Assembly (NCBI GenBank): GCA_964642165.1
Contig: CAZXOC010000005.1
Location: forward strand, 771 to 64,770
Length of the DNA: 64,000 nucleotides
Direction: 5' to 3'
Source: an uncultured Planctomycetaceae bacterium
GTDB taxonomy: Bacteria > Planctomycetota > Phycisphaerae > SM23-33
Part shown: positions 46,116 to 54,807 of the stretch, piece after piece
Numbering within the stretch: the stretch's first letter is position 1
Layout of the letters: each line of letters begins with the position of its first letter
Program-made: the position numbers and the translations under genes
Notes under the pieces: model-generated
Databases searched by the model: none
Told to the model about the DNA's origin: nothing
The model's input: the letters and a program-made list of their open reading frames with translations, nothing else

Positions 46116-49100
46116 CTGACTCTCCTTTGTTTGTGGGTCTGTAGGCGGATGAAGACACCGGGCACCGTCCTGTGGCTGTGGCCGAAGGCCGCGAGGTCCG
46201 CCTTCCCGTCGCCGTCGAAGTCGGCGACGCCGGTGGGCGTGTCGTGGTGCACCTGGTAGTCGAACGCGATCCTCACCGCCCTTCCGGGATCGAGTCCGTG
46301 GCCCGGGCGGCCGGGGAGGACCATCGCCCCCCGGCGCCCGCTGACGGTGAGTATCGCGTCGGCCACGCCGTCGCCGTTCCAGTCAGCAACGGTCGGCCCG
46401 CAGCGAAGCACCGCGGCGCCCGGGATGCCGAACCGCCGCGTGGGCCGCGGCGCAAAGGGCCGGTCCGCGCTGCCGGTGTTCTCGAACAGCCACGCCTCGG
46501 CGCCGCCGTCCTGGCTCTTCGCCTGGGTCAGCAGGGCCAGTTCGGTTTGCCCGTCCCTGTCGAAATCGCCCGCGGCCACCCACGCCCACTCCTTCGGTGC
46601 CCCAAGCGGAAGCGGCGGCGAAAGCGACCCGTTCGGCTGGCGAAGCAGGACGTCGCCGCCGGACGTCACGAGGTCCGCCCGCCCGTCCCCGTTGACGTCC
46701 ACCAGCCGCAGGTCCATGCCGTTCCGCCATTCGGCGCGGACCGTCCGAAACGTGCCTGTCTGTGATTGGTAGGCGATCTGGTCGGCCGCGAATCGGTTCA
46801 GCAGCACCAGGTCGGTCAGCCCATCGCCGTTGAGGTCGGCTGGGAGAATCCGCGAGGTCCTGACCGATCCGCGGATCTCGATCGGCCGGTATTCCATCTT
46901 TCCCGCGAGGGACATGAGCAGCACGCCTCGGTGGCCTTCTCGCGACTGGCCGCAGACGAAGAGATCGGCGACGTTGTCTTTGTTGACGCACCCCACCAGA
47001 AGGCGGCTGTCTCCCGTCCGCAACCAGTCGGGCAGGTTGAGCGTGATCTCGGCGGCGCCGAACGCCCCGCCTTTGTTGAGGTAGACCTTGACGGCCAGTC
47101 CCTCCTCGCCCGCTGCGGCATCGACGAGGACGGCCACGTCCGGCCGCCCGTCGCCGTTGACGTCGCCGAACGCCGCCGAGAGGATCTTCTCGAGCCAGGC
47201 AGTCACAAGGTAGTCCTTCGAGGCAAATCCGTGGAGCGGATCGGGCTTCTCGGGCTTCGTCCGGCCCCAGCCGGTCGCCTCGCCGACGCCGATGCCCTTG
47301 GCGAGGAACTCGTCGGCGCTGCCTCCGCCGTGGCCGCCCAGGACGACGTCCAGGTCCATCCGTTGGAGTTTCCGCAGACTGGCGAGAACGTCCTTCCCAC
47401 CGAAGTCGATGCTGCCGTCGTAGCCCAACACCCCGCCGGGCATGATCAGGTCGCCCGTGGCGGCGTAGGTCTTGCCCTCCTTCCGGAAGACATACGCGGT
47501 GGAGCCCCATGTGTGGCTTGGCACGCGGATCGCTCGCACGGCCAGGCCCGCCAGCTTCAGTTCTCGGTCCTTCCTCACCACGATGTCCACCGGGTTGGGC
47601 GGATGGAAGCCGTAGCCCGTATGATCGGGCAAACAGTGTTGGAGCACGTAGGCGGTCTCCCTGCTGGCCACGACGCGCCCCCCCGTCACCACCCGCCACA
47701 GGTACGCTCCCGGCGCGTGGTCGCCGTGCTCGTGGGTCAGCAGGACATGGCGGACCTTCATCGGGTCGAGCCCCGCGCCCCGGATGCGGGCCCAGTTCTG
47801 CTCGAACGAATGCCCGGAGTTGGCCTCGATCAGGATCAGCCCGCCGGGCGCCTCGACGAGAACCTGCGAGCCCATGTCGCTGTGGGCCAGGTTGCCGTTG
47901 GTCCGCCAGATGCCGGGAGCGACCCGCTCGGCCTTCTGGTTTCGCGTCCAGGGCTTTGGCCCTTGCCGGGCGGTCTGGTTCAGGTCCCTACGCCAGAGCT
48001 CCCTGCCCGCGCCGTCCAGCATCCGCACCACCCCGTTGGTCCCGGCGGCGAGGACCCTGCGCCCGTCGCGCGAGACCCGCACGAGGCAGGCCGCGCCGGT
48101 TCGCAGGCCCCCAGCCCGGGCGGGTGCGAACTTGAACGAGGAGTCCAGGAGGTACACTCGCCCATTCCAGCACGCGACGGCCGTCGCGCCGGCGGCACTG
48201 TGTGCGACGCTCGATATGGCGCCGGGCAGGTCGATGGCCCGCGCCGTGCCCGTCGCGAGATCGAGGACGTAGAGCTTGCGGACGTTCTCGTCGGCGGGGA
48301 GGATTGCCTGGCCGGCCAACCCGCGGCATGGCCAGTTGTGCGGCCAGGCCAGAACGCTCGCCCCGTCGCTCGAGAAGGCCAGCTCGCACCAGAACGGCTT
48401 GGCGAAGCTCTCCGCGCCGAACCGCCGGATCAACTTGCCTTGGCGGTCATAGACGTGGACGGTTGGGCGCGAGGGCATGAATCTCACGCCGCGCCGTGCC
48501 CAGCCCTGGTAGTCGGCCGCGGCGATGCGCCCGCGCTTGGTGTCCAGGGCGACGGCAAGTGGCGCCCAGATCTTCCTGGCGGCAATGACCGGGGCCGGGG
48601 GGCCGTGACGCGCCTCCTCCATCGTCGGCGCGGCCTCGGCATCCGTGCAGATCGGGCGGCTCCATGCGGGTGCCTTCCCGTCGGGCTCGATCACGAACAG
48701 GTTGCCCGGTGCCCCCTTGCCGTCGGCCCGGCCCGCCGAGCACCCCAGGACGACCTTCCCGTCCGCCCCAACGGCGAATGCGGTGACCACTGACGCCGTC
48801 TGGCGGGCGAATCGCACCTCCCTCCTGGCCGCGCCGCTCGGGGCGGCGAACCACACGACCCGGTCGTCTACCACCGCCACGGGCTGCCCGCCGGCGGCGC
48901 GGAGCGGGGTGGCGAGGTGATTCGAGTGGTCGCCGTAGTGGAAGAACCACGGGTCGTGGCGCGGAGAGGCCAGCGTCGTCTTGACGGCCACCGTGGCCTT
49001 CGCCGCGAACGTGAAGGCGGCGGGCCGATCATCCGCCGATCCCGTCGGCGTGCTGCACACAGCCGCGATGAACTGCCCCGCGTTGCCGACGGCCACCTGG

Positions 49101-49369
49101 TCGATCCATCTCAGGCCCGCCTCGTGCTGGGCAGCGATGCCGCCGTTGGCGTCCAGCAGGAAGACGCTGGGGTCGCCCGGCGCGGCGATGGTTCCCACGG
49201 CCACGAACCGCCCGTCGGCGCTCATGTCCACGCAGGCGATGCCCTGCCGGGGCAGTGGGCCGATGCCGCCGGCGTCCCACCGGGGCGGCACGGCCTTGCC
49301 CGCCGCCTGTGCCGCACAAGCCGCCGCAAGCCAGGCCGACGACGCCACGAGGAGGAGTGCTCGCCTCAT
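46112..49369 (-). CDS. 1085-aa secreted protein: beta-propeller-like N-domain + MBL-fold metallo-hydrolase + FG-GAP/VCBS repeats
   Basis: Signal 'MRRALLLVASSAWLAAACAAQA'. MBL motif 'VLLTHEHGDHAPGA'. FG-GAP repeats 'GDVNGDGRPDVAV', 'ADLNGDGLTDLVL', 'VDVNGDGRADLV', 'GDFDRDGQTELAL', 'ADWNGDGVADAIL', 'ADFDGDGKADLAAF'. Confidence 0.8.
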   Translation of the reverse strand: MRRALLLVASSAWLAAACAAQAAGKAVPPRWDAGGIGPLPRQGIACVDMSADGRFVAVGTIAAPGDPSVFLLDANGGIAAQHEAGLRWIDQVAVGNAGQFIAAVCSTPTGSADDRPAAFTFAAKATVAVKTTLASPRHDPWFFHYGDHSNHLATPLRAAGGQPVAVVDDRVVWFAAPSGAARREVRFARQTASVVTAFAVGADGKVVLGCSAGRADGKGAPGNLFVIEPDGKAPAWSRPICTDAEAAPTMEEARHGPPAPVIAARKIWAPLAVALDTKRGRIAAADYQGWARRGVRFMPSRPTVHVYDRQGKLIRRFGAESFAKPFWCELAFSSDGASVLAWPHNWPCRGLAGQAILPADENVRKLYVLDLATGTARAIDLPGAISSVAHSAAGATAVACWNGRVYLLDSSFKFAPARAGGLRTGAACLVRVSRDGRRVLAAGTNGVVRMLDGAGRELWRRDLNQTARQGPKPWTRNQKAERVAPGIWRTNGNLAHSDMGSQVLVEAPGGLILIEANSGHSFEQNWARIRGAGLDPMKVRHVLLTHEHGDHAPGAYLWRVVTGGRVVASRETAYVLQHCLPDHTGYGFHPPNPVDIVVRKDRELKLAGLAVRAIRVPSHTWGSTAYVFRKEGKTYAATGDLIMPGGVLGYDGSIDFGGKDVLASLRKLQRMDLDVVLGGHGGGSADEFLAKGIGVGEATGWGRTKPEKPDPLHGFASKDYLVTAWLEKILSAAFGDVNGDGRPDVAVLVDAAAGEEGLAVKVYLNKGGAFGAAEITLNLPDWLRTGDSRLLVGCVNKDNVADLFVCGQSREGHRGVLLMSLAGKMEYRPIEIRGSVRTSRILPADLNGDGLTDLVLLNRFAADQIAYQSQTGTFRTVRAEWRNGMDLRLVDVNGDGRADLVTSGGDVLLRQPNGSLSPPLPLGAPKEWAWVAAGDFDRDGQTELALLTQAKSQDGGAEAWLFENTGSADRPFAPRPTRRFGIPGAAVLRCGPTVADWNGDGVADAILTVSGRRGAMVLPGRPGHGLDPGRAVRIAFDYQVHHDTPTGVADFDGDGKADLAAFGHSHRTVPGVFIRLQTHKQRRVR

Positions 49370-49794
49370 GCTGTCACCTCGATCAAGTGCTGCGCACGCC
49401 TCCTATCATACAGTCGGACGCTGACGCGACGAGGCGCACGTCCCGCGGACCCCCGACGGAGGATCCGTGTCAGCGGCGGCCGATCTTCCGGGCGTCCACG
49501 ATTTGCTTCGCCGGCACAGCAGCGCGGGCAAGGACCAGCTCTGCCCGGCGCGCGTCGGCCAGGACGGCCTCGTGCCGCCCCCGGTCCCACGTCGCCCCGC
49601 CCCCAAACAAGCCTGCGCCTTCCCCGTAACCCGCCCCCTCGCCCGCTCGCGGCTTGGCAGGGAGGAAGGAGGAGGGAGTGGGGCATGGCGAGCACCCCCC
49701 GTGGCCGCAAAGCGCAGCGCGACCGGCGCGACGGCCCCTCAGGAAAACATCCTCCCTGAACGTATCTTACGACGCATCGTGGCCCGGAAAACCA

Positions 49795-50175
49795 GCCAGT
49801 CCCCGGTCCGTCCCTCGACGTCCACGTCCCGATGGGATTCAGGCGCCGCGGTGGGCGGAAGGAGATCGTCCTGCCGCCCGACGTCCGACCGCCGCCGAGG
49901 TCCGTCCACGCCGGCCGATCGTCGTCGCCTTGGCCCAGGCCTTCAAGTGGCAGGGCATGCTGGATACGGGGGAGGTGGGGTCGATGGGGGAGTTGGCGGA
50001 GCGCTACGGGGTAGATCGGTCGTATGTCGGGAGGATCCTCAAGCTGGCAGGCTTGGCGCCGGATCTGGTCACCGCCGTTCTTGCTGGCCATGAGCCGGAA
50101 GGTCTGGCCCTGCGCAGGCTCCCCAAGCTTCTGGCGATCCTGTGGAGCGAGCAGGGGCAGATGCTTCCGGGCGAT
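49795..50175 (+). pseudogene. Frameshifted 3' remnant of a recombinase-type gene (C-terminal DNA-binding module)
   Basis: Frame 2 reads 'LDVHVPMGFRRRGGRKEIVLPPD'. Frame 1 then reads 'PIVVALAQAFKWQGMLDTGEVGSMGELAERYGVDRSYVGRILKLAGLAPDLVTAVLAGHEPEGLALRRLPKLLAILWSEQ'. From memory, this pattern closes large (serine) recombinase-family proteins. No N-terminal catalytic part is present. Confidence 0.5.
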
Positions 50176-50194
50176 GAGACAGCGCCTGCCGTGA

Positions 50195-50608
50195 GAGGCC
50201 CCTTCGCAAGGGCACACGTTCATCTCCAACCTGGCCCGCGCCGGCGTGCATCCCCGCAACGCCCAGGCCCTGGCCCGCCACAGCACGATCGACCTGCCTC
50301 TGCCAAGGCTTCGGCAGGCAGGCCTGACGATGCGTCCTGCGAAGCTCGCAGAGCGAAGCACGACCTGTCCTCCGAAGCCTTGGCGAAGGAGGATGGACGT
50401 CTACACGCACGTGGCGATGGGCGACCTGCACGCGGATATCGAGGCGTTGCCGGGTGTGCTCGGCGAGAAGGAAAAGCCTCCTTCCGCGCGCGCCGATGAC
50501 ACGAATGCTAAGCCGCCAATGCCCGAGAATCTGGTCGGTCTGATCTCTTCCTGGGACGGGCTGCCCAACAACGTTCGCTCCGGCATCGTAGCGTTGGCAG
50601 CGTCGTAA
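50195..50608 (+). pseudogene. 3' remnant of a tyrosine recombinase/integrase (box II to C-terminal tail) carrying a 96-bp in-frame insertion
   Basis: Hand translation from the stop at 50192: 'EAPSQGHTFISNLARAGVHPRNAQALARHSTIDL', then a 32-aa insert, then 'MDVYTHVAMGDLHADIEALP...LVGLISSWDGLPNNVRSGIVALAAS*'. The H-x-x-R and catalytic-Tyr context (xYTH) are present. Everything N-terminal of box II is absent. Confidence 0.6.
50302..50384. repeat. 13-bp perfect inverted repeat (GCCAAGGCTTCGG / CCGAAGCCTTGGC) separated by 57 bp
   Basis: The arms are at 50302-50314 and 50372-50384. Each arm is preceded by CGACCTG(T)CCTC (50290-50300 and 50361-50371). The whole structure lies within the extra 96 bp of the integrase remnant. 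Confidence 0.7.
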
Positions 50609-50623
50609 CGGCAATCGCGCCCG

Positions 50624-53600
50624 CTACGTCCGGCGCCGTAGAAGAACGCCCAGTCCCCCGAAGGCCAGCAGCACCAGCGTGGCGGGCTCGGGAATCGTCC
50701 CTCCTTCGAGCACGGACTCGCCTATGCGCCTCTTGAGGGTCACGTAGTCGAGGTGGGTAACCTCGCCGTCGAAGGTGAAGTCGCCGGCGAACCAGTCCGC
50801 GCCGGCCGAGCCGAAACCGTCTCTGAGCGCGAGGAAGTCGCTGCGGTCCACGCCGCCGTCGACATCGGCGTCGCCGTCGATCAACTCGTGGAGCGTGATT
50901 CGCACGGCGTGGTGGCCGTCGCCGAGGTCCGCGTCGCACTCGACGCTCGCCACGTACGCCTCGCCGATGTTCCCGCCCGTCGCGACGAACTCGCCGGTCA
51001 ACTTGTCGGCGGCGTACGTGACGACGTCGTACATGCCGCCGAACCTGCTGTTCGGATCGTCCGCCCGCGGCAGCCAGGTCAGCGACAGCATTCCCGCCAG
51101 GTCAACGTCGCCGGCGATGCGGAGGGCGTCGTATCGCGGGTGGTCGGCATCGCTGTTGTCGCTCTCGGCCAGCTCGATCTGCAGATTGGCGAGCGGCCCG
51201 AAGCTCACGTTCCCGCCGAAGTCGATCATCGCGGGGCTGAAGCCCGGCGCCACCTCCCCTTCGACGTACACGTGGCCGGCACCTGAGACGGGGCCTCCGG
51301 AATACGCGCCGAAGAACGTCGCCGAGGAATCGGCGGAGACCTTGAAGAGGGCTCCCTGGTTGTGCACGTCGTCCCAGAAGGTCACGTCGGCCCGGCCGGA
51401 GACGATCACCCGCCCGCCCGTGTCGTTGATCACGTCGCCGTAGACGTCCGTCGTGCCGCTGGACAGCCCGATGTCTCCCTGATTGGTCAGCCCGCCGCTG
51501 AGGAACGTGCCGCGGCCGACGATGTTCCCTGCAGCACCGTTGGTCAGCGTCTGCGCGAATTCGATCGCCCCGCCGTGGAGGCTGATCGTCCCCTGGTTCG
51601 TGCCGTTGGCGCCCGCCAGCTTCAGACGCTCGCCGATCTCGGCGCGGATCTCCCCGCCCGCGGCGTTCGTGACGGGCATGGAGATCGTCCCTCCACCGCG
51701 GATCAGGCCTGTGTTGGTGAGCGTGCCCGTGCCGAGGATCCTCGCCGCCCCGCTGTCGAGGACCAACTCGCCGGCGTTGGTGGCTTCGGCAACGTGGAGG
51801 GACGCGGTCCGGCCGACCAGCAGCAAGCCGGTCGCTTCGTTGGTCAAGGAGCCCGCAGCCACGTGGCTGGCCGAGCCGTCCAGGACGACCGTGCCGGCGT
51901 TGACCAGCGTGGCGGCGGCGAGCGAGCCGTCCTCCACGGTCAGGCTGCCGCCGGGGTTGACGGTGACGGGCCCGGCGATGCTGCTGATGCCGCCGGTCAG
52001 CGCGACGGCGCCCGAGTTGGTCAGGCTCCCGCTCAGGAACTCCCCGCTGCCGACCGTCAGTCGCGACATGGCGTTGACCGTCGTCTGTCCGTCCGCCGCC
52101 AGGAGCAGCAGCCCCTCATCGCCCATCGCGACCTGCGCTCCGGGCGGGGCGCCGTCGCCGATCGTCAGGTCCTCTTCCACCCACACGGCCCCCTCGTCGA
52201 GGTACACGGCGCCGAGGACGATCAGGGCCTCGGTTTCCAGGAACCCGTCGTCGAGGATCACGGCTCCGAGGCGTTCGACGGTCACCGTCCCTTCCACCGT
52301 CAGATCGTGGTCATACATGTCCAGGACTTCGTCCTCGAACAGCCCGTCCTCACAAACGGTCACGTCGCCGATGAGGCTCAGATCGCCGCGGCGGAAGTCG
52401 ATAGTCCCGCCGTTGACGGTCAATTCCTTCAAGTCGACCTCGCCGCCGTCGATGATGATCCGCCCCGTCTCGTTCAGCACCGTGCCGGCGCCCGCCGTGA
52501 ATCCGCCGCCCCACTCTCGCACCTCGAGCACGCCTTGGCTGCCGCCCCAGCCCTCGGCGCCCACCGTCAGCACCGAATCGCCGGTCTGCTCGACCCAAGC
52601 CCCCTCCACGTGGAATCTGGCGTACTGGTTGGGGAGGCCGGCGGCCCCCACGTGGATGTCCCCGCCGACCTCCAGCGAGGAGCCGGACCGGACCCGGATG
52701 TCGGCCTGGTCGCCCGACTCGTCGGATGAGGCCGCGTGGATCGCCCCGCCGACCGTCGCCCGGGCCCCGTCGGAGATGCACAGCCCGCCCCAGGCGCCAC
52801 CCGCCCCAACCGTCACGTCGTCGCCGACCGTCAGCATCGAGCCGAAGCCGGAGATCGTCAGGTTGCAGTCCGCCTGGGTACCGATATTGAGCTGGGTCCC
52901 CGCGGACAGGGACCCGGCGCTGCCTACGTCTATGTGGCCCATGGCGTCCAACGCCCCGGACGTGCTGAGCGCGCCCTGGTCAGAGATCTCTAACTCGTGA
53001 AACGACCCCCCAAGCGTCGTCGAGCCGCCGTTTGTGGTCTCCAGTATCGAGCCCGGACCGTCGATCGAGATGACCATGTAGTGGAGAGAGGCGCAGTCGC
53101 CTTGAAGCGTGACGCGGCCGCCGTTCTGGACGAACAGGTCCCCCCCGTCCTCGAAACAGGTCCCGGTGGGGGATCGGGTGAGCACGCCGCCGTCGACCAT
53201 GATGGCACCATGTCCGCCCAGGGAACCGTTGTTGTCGATGTTGAGGGCGCCGCTCAGTTGGAGAAAGCCCACGTTATCCCAGATCGCGCCATTTGTGATG
53301 TTGAGCGTACCCGAGACATCGCTTCCGGCGGTCTCCACGACAAAGGGTCCGCCATTGCCGTCCACCGTCAGCGTCCCGTCAACGCCACCCTCGGATCCCG
53401 CGCCCTCCCGATACGCGTGGTAGGACCCGCCCCCCAGGTTCTTGAACGTGACATCGCCCTGCATCACACGGAATCGCTCGCTTTCCCCGGGAGAGGCAAA
53501 GGAGACGGTGTACGTGGCGGCCACGTCGAACACCGCCGTGTCGTAGAAGCCGGGGGGCGTGCCGTCGGTCCACATGGCGCCGTCGTTGAAGTTGCCGTTC

Positions 53601-53737
53601 GAGGGACCCATCCAGTTGTCGTCGGCGCCCCGTGTCCACGTCGCCTGGAAGAACAGCAACACCCCAACGACGAGCTGACAGCGAATCGTGGTGGGGAACC
53701 TGGGCCCTTGCCTCTTGGAGTCCGTCCTGCCGTCCAT
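50624..53737 (-). CDS. 1038-aa PEP-CTERM-anchored beta-helix (autotransporter-passenger-like) surface protein with dockerin/EF-hand-like segment
   Basis: ATG 53737 follows GAGAGG. Signal 'IRCQLVVGVLLFFQATWTRGA'. Long G/T/N/S-rich repeats, e.g. 'GTLTNTGLIRGGGTISMPVTNAAGGEI'. 'DGDADVDGGVDRSDFLALRDGFG'. C-terminal 'IPEPATLVLLAFGGLGVLLRRRT'. Confidence 0.85.
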   Translation of the reverse strand: MDGRTDSKRQGPRFPTTIRCQLVVGVLLFFQATWTRGADDNWMGPSNGNFNDGAMWTDGTPPGFYDTAVFDVAATYTVSFASPGESERFRVMQGDVTFKNLGGGSYHAYREGAGSEGGVDGTLTVDGNGGPFVVETAGSDVSGTLNITNGAIWDNVGFLQLSGALNIDNNGSLGGHGAIMVDGGVLTRSPTGTCFEDGGDLFVQNGGRVTLQGDCASLHYMVISIDGPGSILETTNGGSTTLGGSFHELEISDQGALSTSGALDAMGHIDVGSAGSLSAGTQLNIGTQADCNLTISGFGSMLTVGDDVTVGAGGAWGGLCISDGARATVGGAIHAASSDESGDQADIRVRSGSSLEVGGDIHVGAAGLPNQYARFHVEGAWVEQTGDSVLTVGAEGWGGSQGVLEVREWGGGFTAGAGTVLNETGRIIIDGGEVDLKELTVNGGTIDFRRGDLSLIGDVTVCEDGLFEDEVLDMYDHDLTVEGTVTVERLGAVILDDGFLETEALIVLGAVYLDEGAVWVEEDLTIGDGAPPGAQVAMGDEGLLLLAADGQTTVNAMSRLTVGSGEFLSGSLTNSGAVALTGGISSIAGPVTVNPGGSLTVEDGSLAAATLVNAGTVVLDGSASHVAAGSLTNEATGLLLVGRTASLHVAEATNAGELVLDSGAARILGTGTLTNTGLIRGGGTISMPVTNAAGGEIRAEIGERLKLAGANGTNQGTISLHGGAIEFAQTLTNGAAGNIVGRGTFLSGGLTNQGDIGLSSGTTDVYGDVINDTGGRVIVSGRADVTFWDDVHNQGALFKVSADSSATFFGAYSGGPVSGAGHVYVEGEVAPGFSPAMIDFGGNVSFGPLANLQIELAESDNSDADHPRYDALRIAGDVDLAGMLSLTWLPRADDPNSRFGGMYDVVTYAADKLTGEFVATGGNIGEAYVASVECDADLGDGHHAVRITLHELIDGDADVDGGVDRSDFLALRDGFGSAGADWFAGDFTFDGEVTHLDYVTLKRRIGESVLEGGTIPEPATLVLLAFGGLGVLLRRRT

Positions 53738-54384
53738 TGGGTTGCCTCTCTTCGTGTTTGTGGCGCGATCCCGGCGCCTCCGCACCAAGGCCCTCGCGGT
53801 CAGGCAAACGCAGGCGCCACGCGGCAAGCCGTCCCTGTCACGGGGCGGGGAGACTCGGCCCGCCGAGGGGGACTTGGATCCTCTCTTTCGCGGTGTCGCC
53901 GCCTGGACAGAAGCAAACGAATGGGCACTTGCCTTGCCCGTAACCGGCAAAGCCCACTCGCTCGCTCCCGGCAAAATGCACCATGATTATACCACGAATT
54001 CCGAATCTGTCCAGAGTTGGAACTATCCGTAGGCGCGCACACAACGGCGCATGGTCACGCCGCCGTCCACAAGATGCGGCAATATCTCCGTGGCCTTCCG
54101 AGGTGGGCATCTATGTGCGTCGCCGCCTGGGTCGGACGTCCCGAGGCCGCGCGCGGGGCGGGAGGGGGCGAGCGGCGAGCGGACAGCGGACAGCACGACG
54201 GCCGCCCATCCGTGCCTCCGCGAAATCCGTGGACAGTGACACGGGCCGCAGGCGTGATCGCCGGAAACGTGCAGGCCGGAATTGATGATATGCCAGTAGC
54301 TTACATAGATTGGGGCCTTCCGTAGCGCCGTGTTTGGGACCGTTCCGCCACCATCGATCAAGACGTGCGGCCGCTTCGGCGGAG

Positions 54385-54420
54385 AGAATTCCGGGGGCGG
54401 AATGGGAATTCCGGAGGGGG
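54385..54420. repeat. Direct repeat of GAATTCCGG(G/A)GGGG spaced 20 bp
   Basis: AGAATTCCGGGGG (54385-54397) and GGAATTCCGGAGGGGG (54405-54420). Each contains the palindrome GAATTC/GGAATTCC. A CCGC-TTCG-GCGG mini-hairpin lies at 54371-54382. Confidence 0.6.
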
Positions 54421-54451
54421 GGGCGTTTTGTACGGAAGTCGTGAAATAGTC

Positions 54452-54477
54452 CAGCAGTTATATATATTTAACTGCTG
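54452..54477. promoter_or_regulatory. Perfect 9-bp palindrome CAGCAGTTA-TATATATT-TAACTGCTG in an AT-rich core (operator or terminator-like hairpin)
   Basis: Arms are at 54452-54460 and 54469-54477, followed by TTTCT on the plus strand. My hand count for 54441-54520 is 28 G+C out of 80 (35%), versus roughly two-thirds for the window. It sits in the divergent gap between the PEP-CTERM gene and the 54808 gene. Confidence 0.4.
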
Positions 54478-54807
54478 TTTCTAGGGGGAATAAAGCTTCT
54501 TATCCTATCATTTAGATGCGCGCGTGAACCGACACAAAGCGACACATCCTTGGCCTCGGCGCCGTCGAATTGGGCATAGAGGAATGCGGATTGCCGCCTC
54601 GGGCGCCGGCCTGGCGGCTGGGACGGGCAGGCACGAACGTGCGCCTCGGCCGCCGGGCGAGAAGGGCTTCGTTGGGGTCGAGGCCACACCTGGAGGCGGC
54701 AGCGGCGAGGCTTGACTTCCGTGTGCAGAACGTGTCATAGCTTTGCCTATGGCCTCCCGCACGCCGTCCGCTTCATCGGTCAAACCGACAGCGGCAAGGA
54801 GAGAGCA

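Larger units (their letters stand above)
49795..50608. mobile_element. Second decayed mobile-element remnant (recombinase fragments only)
   Basis: Two different recombinase 3' fragments lie in series on the plus strand, inside a 1.25-kb stretch (49370-50623) with no intact gene. Confidence 0.45.
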
